The translations under genes and the position numbers were made by a program. Positions 40,081-49,174 of a stretch of 64,000 nucleotides of DNA are shown piece after piece (position 1 is the first letter of the stretch; every line of letters begins with the position of its first letter). The stretch spans positions 3,124,932-3,188,931 of the forward strand of contig NZ_CP101154.1 in assembly GCF_024298905.1 (NCBI RefSeq), in the 5' to 3' direction. Source of the DNA: Natronomonas marina. GTDB taxonomy: Archaea > Halobacteriota > Halobacteria > Halobacteriales > Haloarculaceae. The notes below the pieces were generated by a model. The model worked only from the letters and a program-made list of their open reading frames with translations. It did not search any database and was not told where the DNA came from.

Positions 40081-42342
40081 TCAGCGGACCGAATCGAGCA
40101 GGAGTTTCTGCTCGACCCGCTTGACCTCGTGTTGGACGTCCCGGACCGCGTCGATGTTCGCCGAGATGGAGGAGACACCCTCGTTGACGAGGAACCGGAC
40201 CATCTCGGGTTTCGACCCCGCCTGCCCGCAGATGCTCGTGGCGACGTCGTGCTCGCGGCACGTCTCGATAGTCGTCGAGATGAGGTCCAGTACGGCCGGG
40301 TGGAGTTCGTCGAACCGGTCGGCGACGTTGCCGTTGTTCCGGTCCACGGCGAGCGTGTACTGGGTGAGGTCGTTGGTGCCGAAGGAGGCGAAGTCGATGC
40401 CGGCCTCGGCCATCCCCTCGACTCCGAGCGCCGAGGCGGGCGTCTCTATCATCACGCCCCAGGTCCGCTTGCCGGGGTCGATGCCCGCCTCCTCCATGAG
40501 GTTCCGCGCCCGCACGACGTCCTCGGCGTCGTTGACCAGCGGGAACATGATCTCGACGTTGTCGTACCCCATCTCGTAGAGCCGACGGAACGCCTCCAGT
40601 TCGTGTCTGAAGACGTCGGGCCGGTCGAGGCTCCGGCGAATCCCCCGGTAGCCCAGCATCGGGTTGTGCTCGTGGGGTTCGTCCTCGCCGCCCTCCAGTT
40701 GCCGGAACTCGTCGGTGGGCGCGTCCAGCGTCCGCACCCGGACGGGTCGCGGGTAGAACTCGTCGGCGACGCCCCGGATACCCCCGACTATCTCGTCGAC
40801 GTAGGCCTCGGCGCCGTGGTCGTCGATGTACCGCTCGGGCGTCTTGTTCGTCGACAGGATCATGTGCTCGGTCCGGAGCAGGCCGACACCGTCGGCGCCC
40901 GTCGCGGCCGCGCGCTCGGCGGCCTCCGGGATGGAGACGTTGACCTTCACCTCGGTGGCGGTCATCGGCTTGACCGGGTTCTGCGGCCGGACGTCCTCCA
41001 GGGGTTCGGCCTCCTCCTCGGCGTCGGTCGCGCCCTCGGTGACGCTGCCCTTGTCGCCGTCGATGGTGACGACCTGGCCGTCGCCGAGGGCGTCGGTGCC
41101 CGTGCCGCAACCGACGATGGCGGGAACGCCGAGTTCCCGCGAGACGATGGCGGCGTGGCTGGTCATGCCGCCCTCGTCGGTGATGATGCCGCTGGCTCGC
41201 TTCATCGCCGGCACCATGTCCGGCGTCGTCATCTCGGTGACGATGATGTCGCCCTCGCCGACCTTGTCGAGCTGGTCGAGTTTTTCGACGACCCGTGCCG
41301 GGCCGGAGGCGATGCCGGGCGAGGCGCCCAGCCCCGAGACCAGCACGTCGCCGTTGCCGTCCGCGGCGGCCTCCTCGGCGGCCTCCTCGGAGATGGTCGT
41401 GATGGGTCTCGACTGCAGCATGAAGACCTCGTCCCCGACGATGGCCCACTCGACGTCCTGGGGTTCGTCGTAGTGGTCCTCGGCACGCTCGCCGAGTTCG
41501 ACGAGCCGGTCTATCTCGTCGCCGTCGAGCACCTGGGCGTTGCGGCGGTCCTCGGGGACCTCGCGCTCGACGGTCTCGCCGGTCGACTCGTCTTTGACCA
41601 TCATCACCTTCTTGTCGGCGACGGTGGTCTCGAGCGTCTCGCCCGTCTCCCGGTCGACGACGTAGTTGTCCGGCGAGACGGAGCCGGAGACGACGGCCTC
41701 GCCGAGGCCCCAGGCGGCCTCGATGATGAGCTTCGGCTCCCCCGTCGAGGGGTGGGAGGTGAACATGACGCCGGACTTGTCGGCGTCGACCATCTTCTGG
41801 ACGACGACGGCGATGTCGACGACGTTGTGACCGAACCCACGCTCGTTGCGGTAGTAGATGGCCCGCTGGGTAAAAAGCGACGCCCAGCACCGTTTTACGC
41901 GGTCGATGAGATCCTCCCGGGAGACGTTCAAGAACGTTTCCTGCTGACCGGCGAAGGAATGACCTTCCAGATCCTCCAGCGTCGCAGACGACCGGACGGC
42001 GACGAACGCCTCGCCGTCGTCCAGATCGTCGTAGGTCGACAGGATCCGCTCGCGGACCTCCTCGGGCAACTCGGTCTCGAGGACGAGTTCCTTGGCCTTC
42101 GCCTCGGCCTCCGCCAGCGCCGTCGAGTCCTCGGAATCGACGTCGACGGCCTCGAAGAGTTCCTCGTCGATTCCCGTCTCCTCGATGAAGGTCCGGTAGG
42201 TCTCGGCGGTGACGACGAACCCGGGCGGGACGGGCAGCCCCGCGGCGGTCATCTCGCCGAGCGAGGCCCCCTTTCCGCCGACCGACCCGATGTCGTCGGA
42301 CCGGATGTCGTCCAGCCAGCGCACGGTGTCAGGTCCAGCCAT
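40081..42342 (-). CDS. ppsA: Phosphoenolpyruvate synthase (pyruvate, water dikinase)
   Basis: …RSDDIGSVGGKGASLGEM…, a PEP-utilizing enzyme mobile domain (GGMTSHAAIVSRELGVPAIVG) and a C-terminal PEP-binding TIM barrel. Start at MAGPDTVRWL (ATG at 42342). Confidence 0.93.
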   Translation of the reverse strand: MAGPDTVRWLDDIRSDDIGSVGGKGASLGEMTAAGLPVPPGFVVTAETYRTFIEETGIDEELFEAVDVDSEDSTALAEAEAKAKELVLETELPEEVRERILSTYDDLDDGEAFVAVRSSATLEDLEGHSFAGQQETFLNVSREDLIDRVKRCWASLFTQRAIYYRNERGFGHNVVDIAVVVQKMVDADKSGVMFTSHPSTGEPKLIIEAAWGLGEAVVSGSVSPDNYVVDRETGETLETTVADKKVMMVKDESTGETVEREVPEDRRNAQVLDGDEIDRLVELGERAEDHYDEPQDVEWAIVGDEVFMLQSRPITTISEEAAEEAAADGNGDVLVSGLGASPGIASGPARVVEKLDQLDKVGEGDIIVTEMTTPDMVPAMKRASGIITDEGGMTSHAAIVSRELGVPAIVGCGTGTDALGDGQVVTIDGDKGSVTEGATDAEEEAEPLEDVRPQNPVKPMTATEVKVNVSIPEAAERAAATGADGVGLLRTEHMILSTNKTPERYIDDHGAEAYVDEIVGGIRGVADEFYPRPVRVRTLDAPTDEFRQLEGGEDEPHEHNPMLGYRGIRRSLDRPDVFRHELEAFRRLYEMGYDNVEIMFPLVNDAEDVVRARNLMEEAGIDPGKRTWGVMIETPASALGVEGMAEAGIDFASFGTNDLTQYTLAVDRNNGNVADRFDELHPAVLDLISTTIETCREHDVATSICGQAGSKPEMVRFLVNEGVSSISANIDAVRDVQHEVKRVEQKLLLDSVR

Positions 42343-42641
42343 GTCTGTTTGTCCGAGGTGTCGCCAGCCTCGGTGATAGATGCTTCGTTCCCGCCGCGCG
42401 GCCGCCCGATTCGGTGCCTGTGGCCCGCCCGGTGCCGCCGGTGGGGGCGTGAAAAACCCCACCGACGTCGGAAGCGTGGGGGGAGAGAGCAGTGGTGGGG
42501 ACACCGCCTCCGTGGTGGGGGGTCGTTGCTCCCGACGCGGTGGGTGCTCGACGCTACGTCGGCAGGGGTCTTGGTTAGTCGCGTTCTATCGGTGGTAGCT
42601 GCCGGATACCGGGTCCCTCCGCCTCGGATCGGACGGTCGGA

Positions 42642-43202
42642 TCAGAGGGTCACCCGCGCCCCGGCGACGCCAACCAGGACGACGAGCAACGCGATGGACA
42701 CCGCGGCGACCATCCCGCTGGCGAACAGCGCGACGGCGAGGCCCAGGCCGCTCGCTGCGGCCACTCCGAAGTAGTAGGTGTAGAGCGCGTCGTCGTCGGC
42801 GTTTCCATCGAGGTACTGCCGGAACTCCTCGATGTGGGGGCCGCGTTCGACCGAGCCGCGGTCGCCGTCGAACCGGATCGCCCCGGCGTCGTCCATCTTC
42901 GGGAGGTGGGACTGGTACAGCCCCACGTAGACGCGCTTTCGCTCCTGGGAGTCCAGCGCCTCGGGCGGCTTGTCGTTCTCGATGCCGGCGATGTGTTCGG
43001 CCAGTTCGCCGAGCGTCGTGGCGCCGTCCCGTTCCGCGAGGGCCTCGAGGACGAGTCGACGGCGGCGGTTCTGAAGGACGTCGAAGACGACGTCGAGAGA
43101 GGGGACTGGCCTGGTGGCTGCCGCATCACCGTCCGAGTCCGTTTCTGACGTGGGCTGCGTGGTCCCTTCGGCATCGCGGTCGGATGGTGCTGCAGCAACC
43201 AT
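42642..43202 (-). CDS. wHTH DNA-binding protein with C-terminal TM helices (DUF7344-like); paralog of 44717-45259
   Basis: Start inferred at MVAAAPSDRD. It contains …LDVVFDVLQNRRRRLVLEAL…LGELAEHIA…ERKRVYVGLYQSHLPKMDDAGAI… and two C-terminal TM helices. It aligns clearly with the 44717 ORF (…DLLSNARRRFVLRRL…KQRKRTYVSLYQTHIPKLEESGII…). Confidence 0.7.
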   Translation of the reverse strand: MVAAAPSDRDAEGTTQPTSETDSDGDAAATRPVPSLDVVFDVLQNRRRRLVLEALAERDGATTLGELAEHIAGIENDKPPEALDSQERKRVYVGLYQSHLPKMDDAGAIRFDGDRGSVERGPHIEEFRQYLDGNADDDALYTYYFGVAAASGLGLAVALFASGMVAAVSIALLVVLVGVAGARVTL

Positions 43203-43226
43203 GCTGTCTTGTCTCGACACTCCCCC

Positions 43227-43300
43227 GAGAGTTATAAATATAATGGCCATATTTCGAGATAAAATCAGATTATTCGTGTACGTGTGCCCGCCCCCCCCCC
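43227..43300. promoter_or_regulatory. AT-rich divergent promoter region containing a C10 homopolymer tract
   Basis: The sequence gttataaatataatggccatatttcgagataaaatcagattattcgtgtacgtgtgcccg + cccccccccc lies between divergently oriented genes and has several TATA-like elements. The 10-C run is at 43291-43300. Confidence 0.35.
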
Positions 43301-43427
43301 ATCTACGACGACGATACGTCGAATTTAACGCCGTCCCGGACCGTAACTCGCCCGTATTCGGCGGGCGGCGGCGCCGCGAGAGGTGTATCGCGCAACTAAC
43401 GATAGGCGTGTCGGTCCAGTATCCGGT

Positions 43428-43658
43428 ATGACGCTCCGTCGCCTGGCCGCAGTCGTCGGGTTCTGCTTCATGCTGGTGTCGGTGACGCTGGTTCTCCACC
43501 TCTTCGTTCTCGCGTGGCTCGTCGGGTCCGACCAGGTGACGGTTCACATGAACGCCCTCGGCGAACGGGACGTGGAACTCGGCCTGATGTTCGTCGGGTT
43601 CTGTCTGGTTCCCATCACCATCTACGAACTCGACGTGCTACTGCGGGAGGCAGAGTGA
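43428..43658 (+). CDS. Small two-TM membrane protein, hypothetical
   Basis: Start inferred at MTLRRLAAVVGFCFMLVSVTLVLHLFVLAWLVGS… It has two hydrophobic helices. Confidence 0.45.
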   Translation: MTLRRLAAVVGFCFMLVSVTLVLHLFVLAWLVGSDQVTVHMNALGERDVELGLMFVGFCLVPITIYELDVLLREAE

Positions 43659-43810
43659 GCCCCCGGTGGAACGTCGACACTGTCGGGCGACCCCCGGGAC
43701 GCCGCCGCCCTGATCGGGACAGTCGGAAGGGCCGTCAGAGGACGAGGGAGTGTGATCGTAACTCAAATAATAACAACGGATTTATACCATGTGCCGCCGC
43801 CCCACACTGC

Positions 43811-44128
43811 ATGGAAAACGGAGCGGAACGGTCGGAACTACCCGATGACGAAAACGAGGTTCGCACCCAGTACGACTGGGAACGGACGACGCCCTCGACC
43901 GCGGTCGTCGAGACCGTCGCCAGCGCCGCCGACGCCGACGCCACCGACATCGAGCCGCTCTACGGGACGCTCGATCCCGACGCCCTCGATTCTCTCATCG
44001 CCGGTTCGACCGACGACCGATCCGACATCACCGTCTCGTTCACCTTCGCGGGGGAGCTGGTGACCCTCCACGGGACGGGCGAGGTCGTCGCCCGTCCGGC
44101 GTACGAAACCGACCGGATCGACGGCTGA
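43811..44128 (+). CDS. HalOD1 (halobacterial output domain 1) protein
   Basis: Start inferred at MENGAERS. The motif …ADATDIEPLYGTLDPDALDSLI… matches the HalOD1 consensus (LYD.IDPDALD.LF). 105 aa. Confidence 0.7.
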   Translation: MENGAERSELPDDENEVRTQYDWERTTPSTAVVETVASAADADATDIEPLYGTLDPDALDSLIAGSTDDRSDITVSFTFAGELVTLHGTGEVVARPAYETDRIDG

Positions 44129-44141
44129 TCGCCGCCCCGCA

Positions 44142-44477
44142 TCAGGCCCGGAGCAGGACCGACAGCACCGCGAGGTTCCACCCCGTCACGGCCGCTCCGA
44201 CCGTCGCCAGCGCCGCCGGGATTCCGGCACGGTACAGCTCCGGTGCGTGCCGCCAGACGGCGTAACACAGACCGAACACCACACCCTTCAGCAACACGAC
44301 CGCGACGATCCCGTACCGGTCGACGGCGCCGACGACGACCGGGTTCGCCTCGACGCCGCCCGCGAACAGTCCGGCGGCCGTCGAAACGACGTCTCCGACC
44401 CCGAACAGGAGGACGGCGAGGAGCCACAGCCACGGCTGGACGCCGCGGGACTGGAACGGGAGACGGCCGAAATCCAT
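44142..44477 (-). CDS. Small membrane protein (DUF5658-like), hypothetical
   Basis: 111 aa with three TM helices: …VSTAAGLFAGGVEANPVV…. Confidence 0.5.
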   Translation of the reverse strand: MDFGRLPFQSRGVQPWLWLLAVLLFGVGDVVSTAAGLFAGGVEANPVVVGAVDRYGIVAVVLLKGVVFGLCYAVWRHAPELYRAGIPAALATVGAAVTGWNLAVLSVLLRA

Positions 44478-44716
44478 CGGGTCGCGGTAGGATGGCGGCC
44501 CGCTTCGTTATCGAGTCCCAAACCGGCGGCCGCGACCGAGAGGTGGATCGAAGGGAGCGTTCCACCAGCGAACGCCAGTCGATGCCCTCGAACGCCCGAA
44601 TTCGGGGCGTAACGCCCGGTTTCCGGCCGATCGAACGGTCGCTAGCGTACATCTAACAAAAGGTATGCCGGGTAAAAGGAAGCCATCGCCGGAACCGCCC
44701 TCTCCGGGAACGCCAA

Positions 44717-45259
44717 ATGAGCGAAGATTCGACGGGACCGATCTCCCACGACACAGCGTTCGACCTGCTGAGCAACGCCCGTCGTCGGTTCGTACTCCGG
44801 CGCCTCCAGGAGGCCGACGACGGCATCAAGCTCGGGGACCTGGCAACCGAACTGTCCGCAGTCGAGAACGGTATCCCGGCGGAGGAACTCTCCGACAAGC
44901 AGCGGAAGCGGACCTACGTCTCGCTGTACCAGACCCACATTCCGAAGCTCGAGGAGTCCGGTATCATCACGTACGACGGCGATTCCGGCGTCGTGCGCCC
45001 GACGGACAGACTCGGCGAACTCGCGGCGTACTTCGACTCGGAGCCGAACCGGATCCCCTGGCGGTGGTTGTATCTCGTCTTCGGTGGCGGCGGGCTGATC
45101 CTCTACGCCATCGCGTTCGCTGTCGACTTCCGGGTCGTAGGGCCCGCACAGGTCGGCCTCGGCGTGCTCGTCGCTGTCGCGGCTTTGAGTCTCGTCCACT
45201 ACGCCCACGCGCGGTGGTACCGGAAGGACACGGTGAGGATACCCCTCGAGCGGGAGTGA
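44717..45259 (+). CDS. wHTH DNA-binding protein with C-terminal TM helices (DUF7344-like); paralog of 42642-43202
   Basis: 180 aa with the same architecture and an alignable wHTH to the 42642 gene, plus two C-terminal TM helices. Confidence 0.7.
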   Translation: MSEDSTGPISHDTAFDLLSNARRRFVLRRLQEADDGIKLGDLATELSAVENGIPAEELSDKQRKRTYVSLYQTHIPKLEESGIITYDGDSGVVRPTDRLGELAAYFDSEPNRIPWRWLYLVFGGGGLILYAIAFAVDFRVVGPAQVGLGVLVAVAALSLVHYAHARWYRKDTVRIPLERE

Positions 45260-45266
45260 ACTCCCG

Positions 45267-45551
45267 TCAGCGGGCGACGACGATCTCCCCTTCGCCCGCC
45301 GCCGTCACCGAGTACGGCCCGAACCGGAACGAAACCTCGGCGTCCGCCCCGCCCGTGTCGAGACACTGCCTGAGCGCGTCCGGATCGATGGCGTCGTGCA
45401 GGACGCGGTCCTGACCGACTCCGTCGGTGGCCCCGACTTCGTCGATCGCCTCGACGATCCGGACGACCACGTCGTCGGTCGAGGGGTCGAAATCGAACCG
45501 TGCGGCGTTCCCGTCTCCCTGCTCCGTTTTCTGCTCGGTCGGATGCGTCAT
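45267..45551 (-). CDS. HalOD1 domain protein
   Basis: 94 aa, …RIVEAIDEVGATDGVGQDRVLHDAIDPDALRQCL…VSFRFGPYSVT…, the HalOD1 signature. Confidence 0.7.
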   Translation of the reverse strand: MTHPTEQKTEQGDGNAARFDFDPSTDDVVVRIVEAIDEVGATDGVGQDRVLHDAIDPDALRQCLDTGGADAEVSFRFGPYSVTAAGEGEIVVAR

Positions 45552-45822
45552 TTACGCTCCGTTCGAGCCAACTTTCCTAAAAACGCTCGGTTCCGTCACG
45601 AACTCGGCAGTTTCTCGGTCGAGGCTCGGGGTTTATACTCGCGGGGTCCCTACGTTCTGGTGGCCCCTCCGCACTCGCCCGTCAGCTTGTGTGCCAGCAC
45701 CTGTGGGCCGTGCTTTTGGGGGGGCCATCTCGACCGGAGAGCCGAGGCGCCGGACGACGGACGGCCTGCCGCCGGCGGTTAGCGCGCGTATACTCATTGT
45801 TCGACTCCGGCTACCGCCACCC

Positions 45823-46989
45823 ATGACCTACCGAGTCGCGGTGATCGGGACGGGTCCCGACCCCGAGGAACGGAGCCGCGAGGGCTACGCGATGGCGTAC
45901 CGCCACGCCGACGGATACCGGCGGCTCGAATCGTGTGCGCTCGTCGCCTGCGCCGACATCGTCCCCGAGAACGCCGAGGCGTTCGCCGACCGCTTCGACG
46001 TCGACGGCGTCTACGAGGACCACGAGACGATGCTGGAGGCGGCCGAACCGGACATCGTCAGCGTCTGCGTCCCGCCGGCCGCCCACGCCGACCTCGTCGT
46101 CGACTGTGCGTCGGCGCCGTCCGTCGAGGCCGTCCACTGCGAGAAGCCGATGGCGACCACCTGGGGGGACTGCCGCCGGATGGTCGACGCCTGCGAGACG
46201 GCCGGCGTCCAGTTGACCATCGACCACCAGCGCCGCTTCGCCGAACCGGTCCGGCGGGCGAAGGAACTGCTCGCGGAGGGTGCCATCGGCGACCTCCGCC
46301 GGATCGAGTGGTCGGAGGTGAACCTCTTCGACGCCGGCACCCACTGTTTCGACCTCTGTGACTTCCTCACCGACGGTGAGCGGGTCGAGTGGGTGCTGGC
46401 CGGCGTCGACCTGGCCCACGAGAACCGCTGGTTCGGCACGCTCAACGAGACCCGCGCCGTCGCGCAGTGGCGCTACGCCGACGGGACCGTCGGCTTCGCC
46501 TCGACCGCCGAGGACGGCGAGACGCTCGTCGACGCCTACCTCCGGCTCGTCGGCACCGACGGCGAGATCGAGATCCAGCCCGACGACGGCCCGCCGCTGC
46601 GGATGCGGACCGGCGGCGGCTGGCGTGCCGTCGACACGCACAACGAGACGGTGTTCAGCCCCGGCAGCAGCCGTCTCGACATCGTCGCCCGGAAGCTGAC
46701 CAGCGTCCTCGGGGTCGGCGGCGACCGCTTTGCGCCCCCGCCGACCCACTACGAGCGCGCCATCGATCACCTCGTGGAGACGCTGGACGCCGGCGAGGAG
46801 CCGCTCGTCTCGGGCCGGCGGGTCCTCCGCGGGACCGAACTCGCCTTCGCAAGCTGGGAGTCCAGCCGTCGGCGCGGGCGCGTCCACCTGCCGCTGGAGA
46901 TCGACGGCAACCCGCTGGAGGCGATGTACGAGGCCGGCGAACTGGCCGCCGGAGAGCGGCCACCGGTCGCGGAATCGTCCGCCGAGTAG
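45823..46989 (+). CDS. Gfo/Idh/MocA-family NAD(P)-dependent oxidoreductase
   Basis: Start inferred at MTYRVAVIGTG (Rossmann), …IVSVCVPPAAHADLV…EKPMA…, with a C-terminal alpha/beta domain. Confidence 0.85.
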   Translation: MTYRVAVIGTGPDPEERSREGYAMAYRHADGYRRLESCALVACADIVPENAEAFADRFDVDGVYEDHETMLEAAEPDIVSVCVPPAAHADLVVDCASAPSVEAVHCEKPMATTWGDCRRMVDACETAGVQLTIDHQRRFAEPVRRAKELLAEGAIGDLRRIEWSEVNLFDAGTHCFDLCDFLTDGERVEWVLAGVDLAHENRWFGTLNETRAVAQWRYADGTVGFASTAEDGETLVDAYLRLVGTDGEIEIQPDDGPPLRMRTGGGWRAVDTHNETVFSPGSSRLDIVARKLTSVLGVGGDRFAPPPTHYERAIDHLVETLDAGEEPLVSGRRVLRGTELAFASWESSRRRGRVHLPLEIDGNPLEAMYEAGELAAGERPPVAESSAE

Positions 46990-47072
46990 TGTCCGCGTCC
47001 GCGACAATCACGTCGTAGAGAACGTAAGCCGGGCATAATACTTATTCTCCCCTCCCCCGCAGTACCGCTCGC

Positions 47073-47483
47073 ATGGCACACAGGCTGAGGCGGGAGCGTG
47101 ACTCCGAGAGAGCCACGACCCCGGACCACGAAGACGACGCGGCCCGCACAGTGCTCGAACGACGACCCTACCTCCGGCTCGCCGCGGCGGCGCTGACGGC
47201 ACTGGTCGCCGCCGGCCGGACGGCGGCGTCGGCGACGACGAGCCACGAGGACGACGAGACCGACAGCTGGCTACTGATACGCGGTGGCGACGGCGTCTCG
47301 CGGTACGAACTCACCGTCGCCGGGACGCTCGCCGCCGCCGACGGCAGCGACGACGCCCGCATCTCCGGCAGCAGCGCCGAGGGCGTCGTCAGCGACGGCA
47401 ACAGGCGCTACCGGTTCGACGGCGAGATACGCGACCTGGCCGTCGACGGCGACGCCGAGGTCCGGGTCGGGACCGAGCGGTAA
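47073..47483 (+). CDS. Tat-signal small secreted protein, hypothetical
   Basis: 136 aa with RRPYLRLAAAALTALVAAG, a twin-arginine signal. Confidence 0.5.
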   Translation: MAHRLRRERDSERATTPDHEDDAARTVLERRPYLRLAAAALTALVAAGRTAASATTSHEDDETDSWLLIRGGDGVSRYELTVAGTLAAADGSDDARISGSSAEGVVSDGNRRYRFDGEIRDLAVDGDAEVRVGTER

Positions 47484-47556
47484 CGAGGGCGCCGGCACCA
47501 CGAGGCCCGGTACGGCCAGCGGCGCGTCCGTCCCGGCCGTAGCGGTCGTATAACTA

Positions 47557-48177
47557 ATGAGCGAACACGCCTCCTCCGAGTCGATGTGGCCCTGGGAACA
47601 CGTCCTCTTTGCGTACGTCTTCTACTCCCCGTACGTCCACCTCGCCTACCGGTCGGCGCCGACCGGCTGGCCGGCGGCCGCGCTGGCAGTCGGCACCCTC
47701 TTTCCGGACCTCGTCGACAAGCCGCTGGCCTGGCAGTTCGGCCTCGTCGAGACCGGGTGGGGTCCCGCCCACTCGGTCTTCCTCGCCGTCCCGGTCGCGC
47801 TGTTCGTGTACGCGGTCGCACGGCACCGCGGCGTCGGCGCGGTCGGCGTCGCCTTCGGCTTCGGCTACCTGTTGCACCTCCCCGGCGACGTCGTCCCGGC
47901 CTCGCTGTCGCGGGGGCGGCTCTACCTCGCGCCGGTCCTGTGGCCGCGAAGTGATCCCGCGGTCGACGCCGACCACGGCTCCTTTCTGGACGGCGTCTAC
48001 AGCCTCCTGACCGAATACGCCGTCCAGCTGCTCGCCCTCGAGGTGACGACGGGCGTGGCGCTGCAGGTCGGGACGGTCGCGGTCGGCGGGCTGCTGTGGC
48101 TCTACGACGGGCTCCCCGGCCTGCGGCTCCTGGCCGTCCCCATCCGGTACATCGCCGGCTACCTCCGACTCTCCTGA
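47557..48177 (+). CDS. Membrane-bound metal-dependent hydrolase (DUF457/YdjM-like)
   Basis: 206 aa, …HVLFAY…GTLFPDLVDKPL…, a His/Asp-rich membrane hydrolase pattern with TM helices. Confidence 0.65.
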   Translation: MSEHASSESMWPWEHVLFAYVFYSPYVHLAYRSAPTGWPAAALAVGTLFPDLVDKPLAWQFGLVETGWGPAHSVFLAVPVALFVYAVARHRGVGAVGVAFGFGYLLHLPGDVVPASLSRGRLYLAPVLWPRSDPAVDADHGSFLDGVYSLLTEYAVQLLALEVTTGVALQVGTVAVGGLLWLYDGLPGLRLLAVPIRYIAGYLRLS

Positions 48178-49076
48178 CCTCCCGCGTGCTGTGACAGGAC
48201 TCGAACGCCCTGCCGGATCGATTGTTCGGGATCGGCGGGGTCGTCGTTCTCGAAGACGAGCCAGTCGGCGCCGCTCGACCTGGCGGCCGGCAGCACCCGC
48301 TCGAGATCGACCAGCCCCTCGCCCGGCGTGACCGGGGCGAACGACCGCAGGAACCGGCCCGTCGCCTCGACGTCGGCGACGTGGACCACCGCCAGCCGCT
48401 CGCCGAGTAGCTCCATGACCGCGACCGGGTCGTACCCCGCGGCCGCGACCCATCCGACGTCGATCTCGAAGGTGACCGCCTCGGGCGTCCGCTCGATGAG
48501 CCTGCCGAGCGCGGTTCGGTCGGCCCCCGCCTCGACGCCCCCCGTGGCGCGCTCCAGGCCGGCGGCGACCCGGCGCCAGCCACCGGGCAGCGGGACCGCC
48601 GACACCCGCCCGAGACCGAACCGGTCCAGCGGCGGCGACAGCGTCGCCAGAGTGTTGTGGTACGTGAGTTCGATGCCGGCGGGGGCGAGCAGGTCCGACA
48701 GCTCGGCCAGCCGACCCGCGAGCACGTCGACCCGGGCCGTCGTCCGGAAGTGGCCCGCGCCGACGTGTGGGACGACGACGCGCCGGCACCCGACCGACAG
48801 ACACCGGTCGATTACCCACTTCGGGTCGGTCTCGAGCCGCGAGAGCCCTACGTGGGCCGCGACCGGTTCAATGCCCGTCTCCGCGAGCGCCGTCCGAACC
48901 GGCTCGGGGTCTGTCTCGAGGAACCGCCCGGCGAACTCGACGCCGTCGTAGCCCGCCGCCGCGACCCGGCGGACGACCGTCTCCAGCGGAGCCGACATCG
49001 ACGCGAGCGTGTGTAGCTGGATCGCTGTTCGTGGGGGTCCGGGACCGTCCGCCGTCGATGTCGACTCGGCTGTCAT
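48159..49076 (-). CDS. Sugar phosphate isomerase/epimerase (xylose isomerase-like TIM barrel)
   Basis: …AAAGYDGVEF…VVPHVG…LTYHNTLA…VHVADV…, the AP endonuclease 2/xylose isomerase-like TIM signature. Start probably at MTAESTS. Confidence 0.75.
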   Translation of the reverse strand: MTAESTSTADGPGPPRTAIQLHTLASMSAPLETVVRRVAAAGYDGVEFAGRFLETDPEPVRTALAETGIEPVAAHVGLSRLETDPKWVIDRCLSVGCRRVVVPHVGAGHFRTTARVDVLAGRLAELSDLLAPAGIELTYHNTLATLSPPLDRFGLGRVSAVPLPGGWRRVAAGLERATGGVEAGADRTALGRLIERTPEAVTFEIDVGWVAAAGYDPVAVMELLGERLAVVHVADVEATGRFLRSFAPVTPGEGLVDLERVLPAARSSGADWLVFENDDPADPEQSIRQGVRVLSQHAGGQESRR

Positions 49077-49174
49077 CGGCAATTCCCGGGTGGGCATTGG
49101 GTTTCGTTACCCGACGGCTACGCTAGTTCGTCCACGGACCGGCTCGCTGGGCGGGCTGGAAGACGCGCCCCGGC

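Noticed and set aside
38977-42774. 1265-aa plus-strand ORF and 852-aa minus-strand ORF overlapping ppsA and the lipoprotein
   Set aside because: No domains and Arg/Gly-rich content. ppsA (PEP synthase) is clearly the real gene.
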